NCBI GenBank assembly: GCA_001873755.1
Contig: MNZT01000052.1
Location: forward strand, 1 to 53,596
Direction of reading: 5' to 3'
DNA length: 53,596 nucleotides
DNA from: Candidatus Wirthbacteria bacterium CG2_30_54_11
GTDB taxonomy: Bacteria; Patescibacteriota; CG2-30-54-11
The notes beneath the pieces are model-generated. The model searched no databases and was not told where the DNA came from. It worked only from the letters and a program-made list of their open reading frames with translations. Shown here one piece after another: positions 43,402 to 52,777 of this stretch. The stretch's first letter is position 1. Every line of letters starts with the position of its first letter. Both the position numbers and the translations under genes were made by a program.

Positions 43402-44520
43402 ATGAAGTTCAGCTGTCTGAAAAGCAATTTGAATCCCATCGTCCAGCTGGCCAGCAAGATCATCAGCACCCGTCCGACACTTCCGGTATTGAATAATGTG
43501 TTATTGAAAACCGACCGGGGAGGAGTCCTGGTCTCGAGCACCAATCTGGAGCTCAGCATGAGCGCGTTCGTGGGAGCCAAAGTGGAAACAGAAGGCGGGA
43601 TCACCGTCCCGGCCAAACTACTGGCCGAATTCATCAACTCCATCCCGGACGAAAAGATCTCCCTGGAGTTCAAGGACTCCAGACTGGAAGTCACGGGAGC
43701 CAATTATTCCGCAGCTTTCAATACCATCGATATGGACGAATTCCCCGAGCCCCCGGCCATGAAAGGCGAAGACAAAGTACTCATCCCGGTACCCGTGCTC
43801 AGAGACAATATCCTGCAGGTAGCCCTCGCCGCCGCTGCTGACGAGTCGCGACCAGTGATCACAGGAGTCCTCATGGTGATAGATGGTAAGAAGTTTACCC
43901 TGGCCGCTGCTGACGGCTACCGCCTGGCCGAGCAGAAAGTTACCCTCAGCGAAGACAGCGGGAAATCAAACCTCCGCCTGATCGTCCCCGCCCGTGGGCT
44001 TCACGAACTTCACCGCCTGCTCTTTGACGCAGGAGAAAAAGACTTCGTGGAAGTTTCCTTTGACGAGAACCAGGCGCTTTTCAAGTACAAGGATATCCAG
44101 CTGACCTCTCGCCTGCTGGCCGGGCAGTTTCCCGACTATCAGCAGATCATCCCGAAGAAATTTGCCTCCACGGTCACGGTTGAGCGGGCCGAATTCTCCC
44201 AGGCGGTAAAGACGGCGGCCATTTTCGCCAAAGACAGCGCCAGCGTCATCTTCCTCTCCGCCGATCCGGCCAAGAAGACGCTTGAACTCAAAGCATCAAC
44301 GAGTCAGGTCGGAGAGAACAACATTTCCGTGGCCGCAGAGATCACAGGACCCGGCGGCTCTATCGCTTTCAACGCCCGCTATGTGAGCGATATGTTGGCC
44401 GTGACCACCAGCGCCAAAGTGTCGCTGAATATCAACGACGCGCTGAGTCCTGGAGTCCTCATTCCCGACACCGGCGCCGGCAGCCTGTATACCTATGTAA
44501 TTATGCCTATCCGCACCTGA
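43402..44520 (+). CDS. dnaN: DNA polymerase III beta sliding clamp
   Basis: MKFSC.K..L...VQLASKIISTRPTLPVLNNVLLKT, three-domain length of 372 aa, ...YVIMPIRT end. AAAAGGAGAT RBS. Confidence 0.93.
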   Translation: MKFSCLKSNLNPIVQLASKIISTRPTLPVLNNVLLKTDRGGVLVSSTNLELSMSAFVGAKVETEGGITVPAKLLAEFINSIPDEKISLEFKDSRLEVTGANYSAAFNTIDMDEFPEPPAMKGEDKVLIPVPVLRDNILQVALAAAADESRPVITGVLMVIDGKKFTLAAADGYRLAEQKVTLSEDSGKSNLRLIVPARGLHELHRLLFDAGEKDFVEVSFDENQALFKYKDIQLTSRLLAGQFPDYQQIIPKKFASTVTVERAEFSQAVKTAAIFAKDSASVIFLSADPAKKTLELKASTSQVGENNISVAAEITGPGGSIAFNARYVSDMLAVTTSAKVSLNINDALSPGVLIPDTGAGSLYTYVIMPIRT

Positions 44521-44599
44521 AATTTTTTAACCTCCAGACCAAGAGCCTGAGCGCTCCGCCCGACGCGCGCGGAGCGCTCCTCGTATCAGAGCAGATTCC

Positions 44600-45736
44600 A
44601 TGATCATCAAATCCCTTTTCATCCAGCAAGTACGGAACATCAGAAATGCCGCCCTGCTGCCCTCTCCCGGGGTGACGGTTTTTTTCGGCGACAACGCCCA
44701 GGGGAAAACAACCGTGCTGGAAGCCGCCTATTTAGTGACCAACCAAAAGAATTTGAGATCGTCTTCATATGTCGACATCGTGAAAGACGGGGAGATTTTC
44801 GCCAAGATCGTGCTGACTGCCGAAAACGACGGGCGGGAGTATGCGCACGAACTGCGGCTGGTCAGGGAGGGGAACAGATTCAAGAAGACCTTTTTCGAAA
44901 ACGGCACCCAGAAAACCCGGGCCAAAAGAGAGCTGAAGAGCTCTGCCGTATTCTTTGGTCCTTCGGAGATGCGCCTGCTGACCGGCCCTCCGAGCCGGCG
45001 TCGTTCCTTCCTCGATAGCATCCTGATGGTGACAGAGCCGCGCTATGGGAGGGCGTACAATGCTTTTGAAAAGATCCTGCGTCAGCGGAACAAACACTTG
45101 AAATCCCTTGCTCTGGGAAGACGCGACGCCGACCGGCTACTCTCGGCGTATGACGAGCAGCTTTCTCTTGCGGCCGCTCATCTCTGGAAAGCCCGGGGAG
45201 ATCTCGTCCCGGAGCTGCTCCCCGTGGTTCACGAACGGCTGAAGCTGTTCTGGCGGGGGAAGGCTGAGGCCAGGCCCTGGGTCTCATATAAACCCGCCTT
45301 GGCTCTTGATTCTTCAGACGAGCAGCAGATCGCAGCCAGGTATGCGAAAACGCTTCTCCGTCTGCGGCCCAAAGAGCTGGTGCGCGGAGTCACCGCCCTG
45401 GGACCACAGCATGACGATCTGGTCTGCTTCCAAGGGACTCATGAGTTCTCCGAACGGGCCTCACAGGGGGAGATGAAGGCGGTCGTCTTTGCCCTCATGT
45501 CGTCGCAGGCCGCGATCATAGAGAAGAGGACCGGGACGGCCCCGGTTTTTCTCCTGGACGACATTCATGCGGAATTTGATTTCAACTATCAGAAGGATAT
45601 CCCTCTGCTGTGCAGGGGGTTCCAGACCTTTATCACCACCACGGCCAATCCGGCCGCGGCCTGGAAAGCGGCTGTCTACGAAGTGGTTGAGGGACAATTC
45701 AACCGGGAAGGAGGCGCTGCCGATGGCCGGAAATGA
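44600..45736 (+). CDS. recF: DNA replication/repair protein RecF
   Basis: FRNI.. start (VRNIRNAAL), Walker A GDNAQGKTTVLEA, signature-like SQGEMKAVVFAL, Walker B VFLLDDI. Confidence 0.9.
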   Translation: MIIKSLFIQQVRNIRNAALLPSPGVTVFFGDNAQGKTTVLEAAYLVTNQKNLRSSSYVDIVKDGEIFAKIVLTAENDGREYAHELRLVREGNRFKKTFFENGTQKTRAKRELKSSAVFFGPSEMRLLTGPPSRRRSFLDSILMVTEPRYGRAYNAFEKILRQRNKHLKSLALGRRDADRLLSAYDEQLSLAAAHLWKARGDLVPELLPVVHERLKLFWRGKAEARPWVSYKPALALDSSDEQQIAARYAKTLLRLRPKELVRGVTALGPQHDDLVCFQGTHEFSERASQGEMKAVVFALMSSQAAIIEKRTGTAPVFLLDDIHAEFDFNYQKDIPLLCRGFQTFITTTANPAAAWKAAVYEVVEGQFNREGGAADGRK

Positions 45737-46031
45737 GTGGAGCCCCATGAGGGACCTTTTGAAGAATATCCTGCAGCGCAATCAAGTACCGGTCAAGGTA
45801 GTGGAAAAAGTTTCCCTGCAGGTCAAAGTTCTCGCTTTGATCCGAGAGCAATACCCGAAAATTGCCGATTCCCTAGGCGAGGTGGAAGTAGACGAGGAGA
45901 CCCTTGTAGTCTCTCTGACGAAGCCCGAAGCGTCACAATATCTGGCACTCAGAACACGAGCAGTATTAAAAAAAATATATGGCCTCCCCGGTGGAGAGGC
46001 CGTACAAAAGGTCAGGATAAAAGGGAAGTAG
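45723..46031 (+). CDS. DUF721 (DciA-like) protein
   Basis: Canonical position after recF. About 100 aa. ...LALIREQYPKIADSLGEVEVDEETLVVSLTKPEASQYLALRTRAVLKKI fits the DUF721 pattern. GGAAGGAGG RBS 7 nt before the ATG at 45723, overlapping the recF 3' end. Confidence 0.65.
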   Translation: MAGNEWSPMRDLLKNILQRNQVPVKVVEKVSLQVKVLALIREQYPKIADSLGEVEVDEETLVVSLTKPEASQYLALRTRAVLKKIYGLPGGEAVQKVRIKGK

Positions 46032-46043
46032 GCGCGACGGCGA

Positions 46044-47069
46044 TCAGAATTGTCCCGATCCTTCGGGAGCCGGCGGGACGACCGTATACTTCAGCGTGGC
46101 GGTATCCAGCCCCTTGGAACGCAGCCAGCTCAGCGCCCGCTGGGTGCCGGTCTCCACGGGACGCTGTTTTACAAAAATGAGGAACGTCCGGTCTGTGTGG
46201 TCAAACTGGATGGTATAATCCGCCGTGGTATACGGAATTTCATACAGCACGTCCGGCAGAGGGTCTTTCAGGTATTCCATCAGTGCCTCGTTGAATTCCA
46301 TATCCAGACGCCCCTGCTCGGTCGCAATTTCGTCCGGTGTCATCTGGGCTGCGGTCTTGACCGTGGTGGCAAAGGAGAACAATCGCGTCCCCCGGTAGCT
46401 TTTGGCCAGATCCGCGGTCCAGGCGCCGGATACCGTGACCTGGTAGGTGGTTTCTTCGGCGAGCAGCCCTTCCGGACGGATCGACACGCGGGTGCTGCCC
46501 TGCAGTTCCTTGGTGACGGGGATCGCGGGCGAGAGGCTAATTTGGATGCTCAGGGGATCGACTGCCCGGTCAAAGGAGAGCAGGATCGGCGAATCGACAC
46601 TGACCGACGTTGCGCCGTCTGCCGGAGAGACCCCGATCAGGCGGGGAGAGAGGACCGTGGAAAAGGTAAAAGACACATCGTCTCCAGCAATCCCCACCCA
46701 GTTTTTGACCTGCGGGAGCAGGATGGTATAGGTACTGTCAGGCAGGAGTTCCTCGGGTCGGAGCACGAGCCGGCGTGGCCGGCCAAAGAGATCCTTGTCC
46801 GTCAGAGTCGTCGTGAAGGAAACGAGAGGATCGACCTCTATGGTGTCGAGGATAGCCGCCGAGACCGCCCCGGTAAACGAGATCACGACCTCCCGGTCCA
46901 GGGTCGCCGGTTCGTCCGTGGCCGGCGATATTGACGTCACGGTGACGGGAGAGAGCAGGCTGCGGCCGATTAGGAACAGCAAGAGGACTCCCAGCGCCGC
47001 CAGGGCAACGCTGATAGTCTTGCGGGGATGTTCTTTGAGCCGGCTGATGAGAGCAGAAAGAGCGTTCAT
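46044..47069 (-). CDS. Membrane-anchored protein with SbsA-type Ig-like (Big_5) domains; last gene of the T4SS-like cluster
   Basis: N-terminal TM (ISVALAALGVLLLFLIG). Repeated V(T/I)S(I/V)SPA(T/D)...T(L/V)...(I/L)SF modules (TSISPATDEPATLDREVVISF, IGVSPADGATSVSVDSPILLSF). Start refined to the ATG at 47069 (RBS GAGGA). Confidence 0.6.
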   Translation of the reverse strand: MNALSALISRLKEHPRKTISVALAALGVLLLFLIGRSLLSPVTVTSISPATDEPATLDREVVISFTGAVSAAILDTIEVDPLVSFTTTLTDKDLFGRPRRLVLRPEELLPDSTYTILLPQVKNWVGIAGDDVSFTFSTVLSPRLIGVSPADGATSVSVDSPILLSFDRAVDPLSIQISLSPAIPVTKELQGSTRVSIRPEGLLAEETTYQVTVSGAWTADLAKSYRGTRLFSFATTVKTAAQMTPDEIATEQGRLDMEFNEALMEYLKDPLPDVLYEIPYTTADYTIQFDHTDRTFLIFVKQRPVETGTQRALSWLRSKGLDTATLKYTVVPPAPEGSGQF

Positions 47070-47118
47070 ATTGATCCTCAAAGGGTGTAATTGCCTCCTC
47101 AATCAAACGGGCACGTTC

Positions 47119-50100
47119 CTACGGACACAGTTCCGGCGTGCAGGGGTGCCCCCAGCCGAGCATATTGAGACCTGAATTCCCGGGATAGACATTGTTGGAA
47201 CCGGGGATAAATTCCATGTGGTATTTGTTCCGGCTATTGTACTGGCAGATAGTAAGCGTGTTCGGCCCGATCTCGCAGATGATGCCGACGTGGTGCACGC
47301 CGCTTTCCCCCGGCGAATTCATGCCGGCGATATCGCCGACCTGGGGTGCGTCATATCCTCCATTTTCATGGTAGACCCCATCTGCGACCAGCCCGTTGAT
47401 CATATTTTCCGCGCCGCGGTCGGCCCAGCCGGCGTTTTTGAAGGCGGAATTGGTGTGCTGGTAGACCGCCATCACGAAGTCGGCGCAGAGGGCGTAGTCG
47501 CCGATACCAGTCCCCTCGTTACTTTCAAAATTTCTATAATTGGGATAGGATCGCAGCGCTCCATGGGGCCAGACATCCACCAGCATTCCTTCACCATAGT
47601 GTTCATTATCCTCCAGGAAGAGGGTCACATTGGCCATGAGGTTTGGGCCGGCGCCGATTCCTCCGCCTCCACCTCCGGTTCCGGTGACAGTACACTGAGG
47701 AGCAGTATACCCGCTGGCCGCGTCACCGTATTGTTTGGTGAAGTACAGGAGCCAGTCGCAGTAGGTTTTTTTTTCGCTTTTGCAGTCAGTACCATCACAG
47801 ACCTCCATGGTCATCAGGTCGGCGGGCTTCGAAGGATCACAGCTTCCGGTGTAGCGATAGCCGATATAGCGGATCTGTTCTTCACTGGGAGAGTCGCTGG
47901 GCAAGACCTGGTCAGGGGTGCACCACGGTTCTCCATCCGCGGGATCGACGCAGGGGCTGCCATCCTCCTGAGCGCAGCTCGCACAGCTCTGCAGGCGAGC
48001 GGCGATGAAGTAGCCGCCGCCGAAAATAGTATCTTCATTGCCGGTAGTTTTGTTGTTGTCATCACAGACGAGTGGCTCGACCTCGGTTCCCTTTTTTGAC
48101 CACATAGGGGAGGAGGCGACCTGATCCTTGACCTGATCCCAGGAGGGTACTTCGTCCGGGGTCGCCGGATTCGGGGTTGTCCCCAGCTGCATGAGCCCGG
48201 ATTCGTTCGGTGGGGTTGGTTGGACTTCACATTGTTTATCAAACGTCGTCGCCCCGCTATTTTCCAGCGTGATAACCGCAGCAATCAGGGGGGCATAGAC
48301 CCCGGTAGAGACCGAAGAGGCATTGATCCAGGCGGTCAGCTGCGGATCAAATGGCGCATTGACAGGCATCCCGCCGGTGCACGACACCGTCCGGGGGCCG
48401 TCCCCCAGGGGATCTATATAGCTTTCTATCATTTTGATATAGGACATTTGCTGGCAGTTGACCTCATAGTAGATATCCATTTTGCCGGCTGCCACGATCT
48501 CTTGACAGGCTTTGACATAATCGCCGTTCAGGAAATCTGTCTGCCATTCTTTCGACTTCGGATCGGCATGATACTTCTCTATCATCTTCTCGGCCGCGCG
48601 TGTAAAACCGTCATTGGCGGCTTCTCCGTATTTTCCGTCCACCAGCGCCAGGGCTATCCCGCCTCCGAGCCAGTCGAACCAGGAGGGGCTCGTCGAGGCG
48701 ACTTTGTCGCCACCCGCGATCGCGGAGGCCAGATGTCCCATGGATGATCCCTCCACGAAGCCGGACTTGGCCGCGTTCAGTGCGGTGAACAGTTCCAGCC
48801 CGACGGTCTGGTCATACAGATCGGCGATGGCTTGGTTGATGCCCAGGAGGCTTACACCACTGAGCAGGTTTTTGAGAGTTTCCATGGCATCGACGATCAC
48901 CTGGTTGTCCGGGAGGGTGACATCGCCGTCATTGACCACATAGTTGCGGTCCGTTGAGCTGAAGCATTTCTTGGGAGCGTCCAGCGTGCTGGCGCTGGCT
49001 GCTTGATAAGCGCTTCCTACGGCCACTGGATCGGTTTCGGCATAGGCGGTATTGATGATGCCATAGAGTTCTGCGATCTGGGTTCTTTGTTGGGCATCGA
49101 AGTATTCTTCGAACTCAGGCATAGCAACCAGCTGCTGAAGAGAGCTGCCAAATGTTACCCAGTCAGCCACTTTGGCGAGCCAGCTGGCCGACCCGGCCAG
49201 AGCCGTGACCTCCGGGCCGTTCGAGGAGCCGTCCATATAGTGCTGCGCCCGGTCCAGCTTGGTCGGGGTCGTACCATCTGCCGCATAGGCGCGGTACACC
49301 CCCATATACTCCTCGGCCAGCAGGGTAGCGATGCGGGAGTATTCGTCCGTCGTTCCCTCCCCATCGGCCAGGACCGTGTCGAGGAGCGGGTGAATATCGT
49401 CCGGGATGCGGTGGTCGGAGATCAGGGTCTCGACCCGGCCGAGGGCGAGCATCCTATAGTCCCGGTCAGTCTCCATGCGTTCTGCGGCGAGCTGGGTCAG
49501 ATCCGCGACCACCGGTTTGGTAGTGTTGGTTTCGATCATACTGGAGACCAGGCCGATGAAGCCCAGACTAGCTATAAAGAAGCCACACATAGTCAGAGGA
49601 ACCGCGACTACGAGCATGATGGCGGCCCCGATGATGAGCTTGTTGGCTTTTCTCAGCAGTTTGGAGGCCCCGGGGATCGCGCGGATCACCTCGCCTGCAC
49701 CGAACGCGGCATCGAGGGCGGCAATCTCGGCTTCGGTGGCGACTCCGGCCCCGACATTTTCCACGACGGCCTTGGTTTCTTCTGCTTTCTGGCCGATGCC
49801 GTCTATGCCATCCTGAACCTTGTCGTTGACCTGATTTTTGATATTTTCTTCGTCGCCGGCCTTGGCCTGGGCGCGGTCAGCTTTTTTCTGAGCATACTTG
49901 GCCTTGATCTTTTTGAGATCCTTGGCAGTATCTTTGACTGCATCGACTGCGGTGCCCAGGACCGGGGCCGCACTTGCTCCTGCTGTGGCCGCTCCAGCGG
50001 CAGAGCCTGCGCCTCCGGCTCCTCCTGCAATATCTGTTGCCCCGGAGAGTCCTCCGGCGTCCGGCAGCCCCATGGGAGCAGCCCCTCCGCCGAGTCCATC

Positions 50101-50910
50101 TGCTCCGGGGATGCCCTTGTCGCCGAGCATTTTGTTCCACGCTTTTCCATCAGTTCGATCGGTGTTACCGATACCGTCTATGCCCCCCATCATCTTGTTG
50201 AAATCGCCCATTTTGTCTTTGCCCAGGTAGCCGCCCATGAAGCCGTCGACCGCTCCCTGGTTGTTCTTGTAGGCGTCAGAGAGCCCCTTCATGAATCCCT
50301 GGGCCTTAGCCGGATCTTTGACGTCTCCGGATTTGATTTTGTCAGCCATCCGGCCCAGAGCCTGATCCATAGGCATGCCGGATGAGCCTCCCCCGATGGC
50401 GTTTTTTAGCCCTCCCATGAAATTATCAGCTTTGCCCGTATCGACGCCCAGCTTGTCCAACATCCCATGGACCTGTGGCCTATAGGTGTCGTAGGCTTTG
50501 CAGGCGCTATCCGCGAATTTGAACGCATCGTCAATATTGTTCGGTGGTTCTTTTTGCTGGTCTCCCCGGGCGGCCCTTCCGAGTCCTCCCATGAAATCGG
50601 ACATATTCCCTGTGTAGCCTGCCTTAGCCGCCGCCTTGTCGATGAGGGGTTTCAGACAGCCGGCCGAGTTGTAGAGTCGAGAGGCGAACGAGTTATCATC
50701 ATTTCCGCCATCCATACGGCGTTTGGCTTCATTCTGTTTGATCGCCATGCGATCATCGGCATCCTTCATCGGCGCCTGAACTTCATCCCGGTGCTGATCG
50801 TGGGCACCCCAGGCTTCTTTATCGTGGGCGTCGTTTGCTGCCCGGATTGCGTTCTGGCGATCCTCGTTCGCTTTTCGCGTTTTTTCCTGCTCTTCAAAAG
50901 GATCAGACAT
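47119..50910 (-). CDS. T4SS-associated bifunctional cell-wall hydrolase (VirB1-like SLT plus C-terminal CHAP) with a long N-terminal Gly/Met-repeat region and a central TM segment
   Basis: SLT block VITLENSGATTF...ESGLMQLG (about 48130-48290). CHAP Cys block DYALCADFV (about 47473-47499) and His block GVHHVGII (about 47281-47301). TM LIIGAAIMLVVAVPLTMCGFFIASLGFIGLVSSMI (about 49540-49640). N-terminal repeats DFMGGLG, NFMGGLK, GFMKGLS, GFMGGYL. Confidence 0.8.
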   Translation of the reverse strand: MSDPFEEQEKTRKANEDRQNAIRAANDAHDKEAWGAHDQHRDEVQAPMKDADDRMAIKQNEAKRRMDGGNDDNSFASRLYNSAGCLKPLIDKAAAKAGYTGNMSDFMGGLGRAARGDQQKEPPNNIDDAFKFADSACKAYDTYRPQVHGMLDKLGVDTGKADNFMGGLKNAIGGGSSGMPMDQALGRMADKIKSGDVKDPAKAQGFMKGLSDAYKNNQGAVDGFMGGYLGKDKMGDFNKMMGGIDGIGNTDRTDGKAWNKMLGDKGIPGADGLGGGAAPMGLPDAGGLSGATDIAGGAGGAGSAAGAATAGASAAPVLGTAVDAVKDTAKDLKKIKAKYAQKKADRAQAKAGDEENIKNQVNDKVQDGIDGIGQKAEETKAVVENVGAGVATEAEIAALDAAFGAGEVIRAIPGASKLLRKANKLIIGAAIMLVVAVPLTMCGFFIASLGFIGLVSSMIETNTTKPVVADLTQLAAERMETDRDYRMLALGRVETLISDHRIPDDIHPLLDTVLADGEGTTDEYSRIATLLAEEYMGVYRAYAADGTTPTKLDRAQHYMDGSSNGPEVTALAGSASWLAKVADWVTFGSSLQQLVAMPEFEEYFDAQQRTQIAELYGIINTAYAETDPVAVGSAYQAASASTLDAPKKCFSSTDRNYVVNDGDVTLPDNQVIVDAMETLKNLLSGVSLLGINQAIADLYDQTVGLELFTALNAAKSGFVEGSSMGHLASAIAGGDKVASTSPSWFDWLGGGIALALVDGKYGEAANDGFTRAAEKMIEKYHADPKSKEWQTDFLNGDYVKACQEIVAAGKMDIYYEVNCQQMSYIKMIESYIDPLGDGPRTVSCTGGMPVNAPFDPQLTAWINASSVSTGVYAPLIAAVITLENSGATTFDKQCEVQPTPPNESGLMQLGTTPNPATPDEVPSWDQVKDQVASSPMWSKKGTEVEPLVCDDNNKTTGNEDTIFGGGYFIAARLQSCASCAQEDGSPCVDPADGEPWCTPDQVLPSDSPSEEQIRYIGYRYTGSCDPSKPADLMTMEVCDGTDCKSEKKTYCDWLLYFTKQYGDAASGYTAPQCTVTGTGGGGGGIGAGPNLMANVTLFLEDNEHYGEGMLVDVWPHGALRSYPNYRNFESNEGTGIGDYALCADFVMAVYQHTNSAFKNAGWADRGAENMINGLVADGVYHENGGYDAPQVGDIAGMNSPGESGVHHVGIICEIGPNTLTICQYNSRNKYHMEFIPGSNNVYPGNSGLNMLGWGHPCTPELCP

Positions 50911-50931
50911 GCTGTGTCCCGTGATGATCGG

Positions 50932-52764
50932 TTAAGGTGTTGCGGCCGCTTCTGTCTTTTCCTGTTCCAGGGCTGCGAGCTTTTCCGGATTGGTGGTGAT
51001 GATCTGGTCTTCGATGTAGGAGGCGATGATTTTGATGGCGACGTGGTTCTGGCCGGCGAAGAAGAGGCCCTCCCCTACGTCGCATTCGAGCAGGAGATAC
51101 TTTTCACCCTCGGTGAGGTTGAACACGGTTGCTATCTTGTCGATGGCAGCCGTGGACTGCTTGAGCAGCACCTGCATGGAGGAGTTGGTCACGATGGCTT
51201 TGCCATAGGAGGAGGAGAGGAAGTCGTCCACGTCCTGGGTGATGGTGGTGAGACCGAGCCAGTATTTACGGGCTCGTTTGGCCAGGCCAAAGAGGAAACG
51301 GGCGCTGTCCTCGTGCTGCATCATGATCCAGGCTTCATCCACCAGGAGCAGGCGGCGTTTGTGGCTGGTCCGCACCTTATTCCAGATGAACTGGAGGATG
51401 GAGAACATGGCCATGGGACGGAGGATGTCCTCAAGGTCGCGGATGTCGAACACGATGAAGTTGTTGTTCAGCTCTACATTGGTTGCCATGTTGAAGATGC
51501 CGGCCAGGGTGCCATGGACGAATTTTTCCATTTTTTCCACCACGCTCTCGGCGCCGGGCATGGTCTTCAGCAGCTCGTAGAGGTCGCCCATGATGGGAGG
51601 GGTGTTGCCGTAGGTGCTGGGGTCAGAGATGATCCCCTTCTGGCGGTAGGCTTCCAGCAGCGCCCGGTCCAGCAGGGATTCTTCCTTATTGGTCAATTCT
51701 CCGAGCAGGATGGCGAACAGGCCCAGCAGGTAGATGATCTGGGAGCGGAGCTCGTCTCCCTCCAGATCCTGGCCCTTCTTGATATCCGCCATGTCGAACG
51801 GGTTGATATGGGTCTTGGAATTCAGGGAAATGTTGATGTAGGTGCCGCCGACTGATTCACAGAGCGCCTTGTATTCCCGTTCCGGATCGATGATGAGGAC
51901 CTCGGTGCCGATCATGAGGTAGCGGAGCGCTTCGAGCTTCACCGTGTAGCTTTTGCCGGCACCGGATTTGGCAAAGATGACGGAGTTGGCATTTTCCAGT
52001 TTGAACCGGTCAAAGATGACGAGCGAGTTGTTGTGCCTATTGAGTCCATAGAGGATGCCCTCGTTCGTGGTCAGGTCAGACGAGGTGAAGGGGAAGGTCG
52101 AGGAAAGCGCTGAGGTGTCCATGTTGCGGAGCACCTGGATGTGGTCATTGCACAGTGGCAGCGTGGTCTTGAACCCCTGCTCCATCTGCATGGCCGTCTC
52201 TTTGGTATAGATGAGCATGCCGCCGAGCATGGATTCCACCTTCTGGCAGAGCTGGGACAGTTCCTCCTTGCCATTGGCGCTCACGGTCATATAGAGGCCG
52301 AACTGGAAAAATTTTTCCTCGCCTCTCTGGATGGCATCGCGCAGGTTGTGGGCGTCCTGCAGCTGGGTCTCCAGCTCCGGGTCTTTGACCAGCCCTTTTT
52401 CCTGGTTGATCTGCCAGGTCGCTTCCATCTGGCCGATGCGGCGCTTCAGGTCCTCCATGACTGACTTGGAGTCGATGGGGTACTGGTAGAGACTGATGGC
52501 GATATCGGCGTTGAAATTGATGAGCGGCGAGAGCCAGTTGGTGCTGACATAGCGGGGATAGCCGGAGACGAACAGGGTGCGGTGGTATTTGTTCCCGATC
52601 TTCAGATAGCTGGGGTCGAGCTCGATAGAGGGCGGAGCGATGATGTCCTTGATCGTGCTCATGCCCTCCTGAAGCACGCGCTGCGTCTCCCGGGCGAGGC
52701 GTTCCTGCTCAAGTACGGCTTGCTGGTCTTTTTTATTTCCTTTTTTCCCTGGTAACAGACCCAT
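50932..52764 (-). CDS. VirB4-family type IV secretion ATPase (Gram-positive TraE/PrgJ/TcpF-like)
   Basis: Walker A FAKSGAGKSY (about 51941-51973). Walker B RLLLVDEAW. N-terminal LKIGNKYHRTLFVSGYPRYV block typical of Gram-positive VirB4 homologs. Confidence 0.85.
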   Translation of the reverse strand: MGLLPGKKGNKKDQQAVLEQERLARETQRVLQEGMSTIKDIIAPPSIELDPSYLKIGNKYHRTLFVSGYPRYVSTNWLSPLINFNADIAISLYQYPIDSKSVMEDLKRRIGQMEATWQINQEKGLVKDPELETQLQDAHNLRDAIQRGEEKFFQFGLYMTVSANGKEELSQLCQKVESMLGGMLIYTKETAMQMEQGFKTTLPLCNDHIQVLRNMDTSALSSTFPFTSSDLTTNEGILYGLNRHNNSLVIFDRFKLENANSVIFAKSGAGKSYTVKLEALRYLMIGTEVLIIDPEREYKALCESVGGTYINISLNSKTHINPFDMADIKKGQDLEGDELRSQIIYLLGLFAILLGELTNKEESLLDRALLEAYRQKGIISDPSTYGNTPPIMGDLYELLKTMPGAESVVEKMEKFVHGTLAGIFNMATNVELNNNFIVFDIRDLEDILRPMAMFSILQFIWNKVRTSHKRRLLLVDEAWIMMQHEDSARFLFGLAKRARKYWLGLTTITQDVDDFLSSSYGKAIVTNSSMQVLLKQSTAAIDKIATVFNLTEGEKYLLLECDVGEGLFFAGQNHVAIKIIASYIEDQIITTNPEKLAALEQEKTEAAATP

Positions 52765-52777
52765 AGGTATTATTTCA

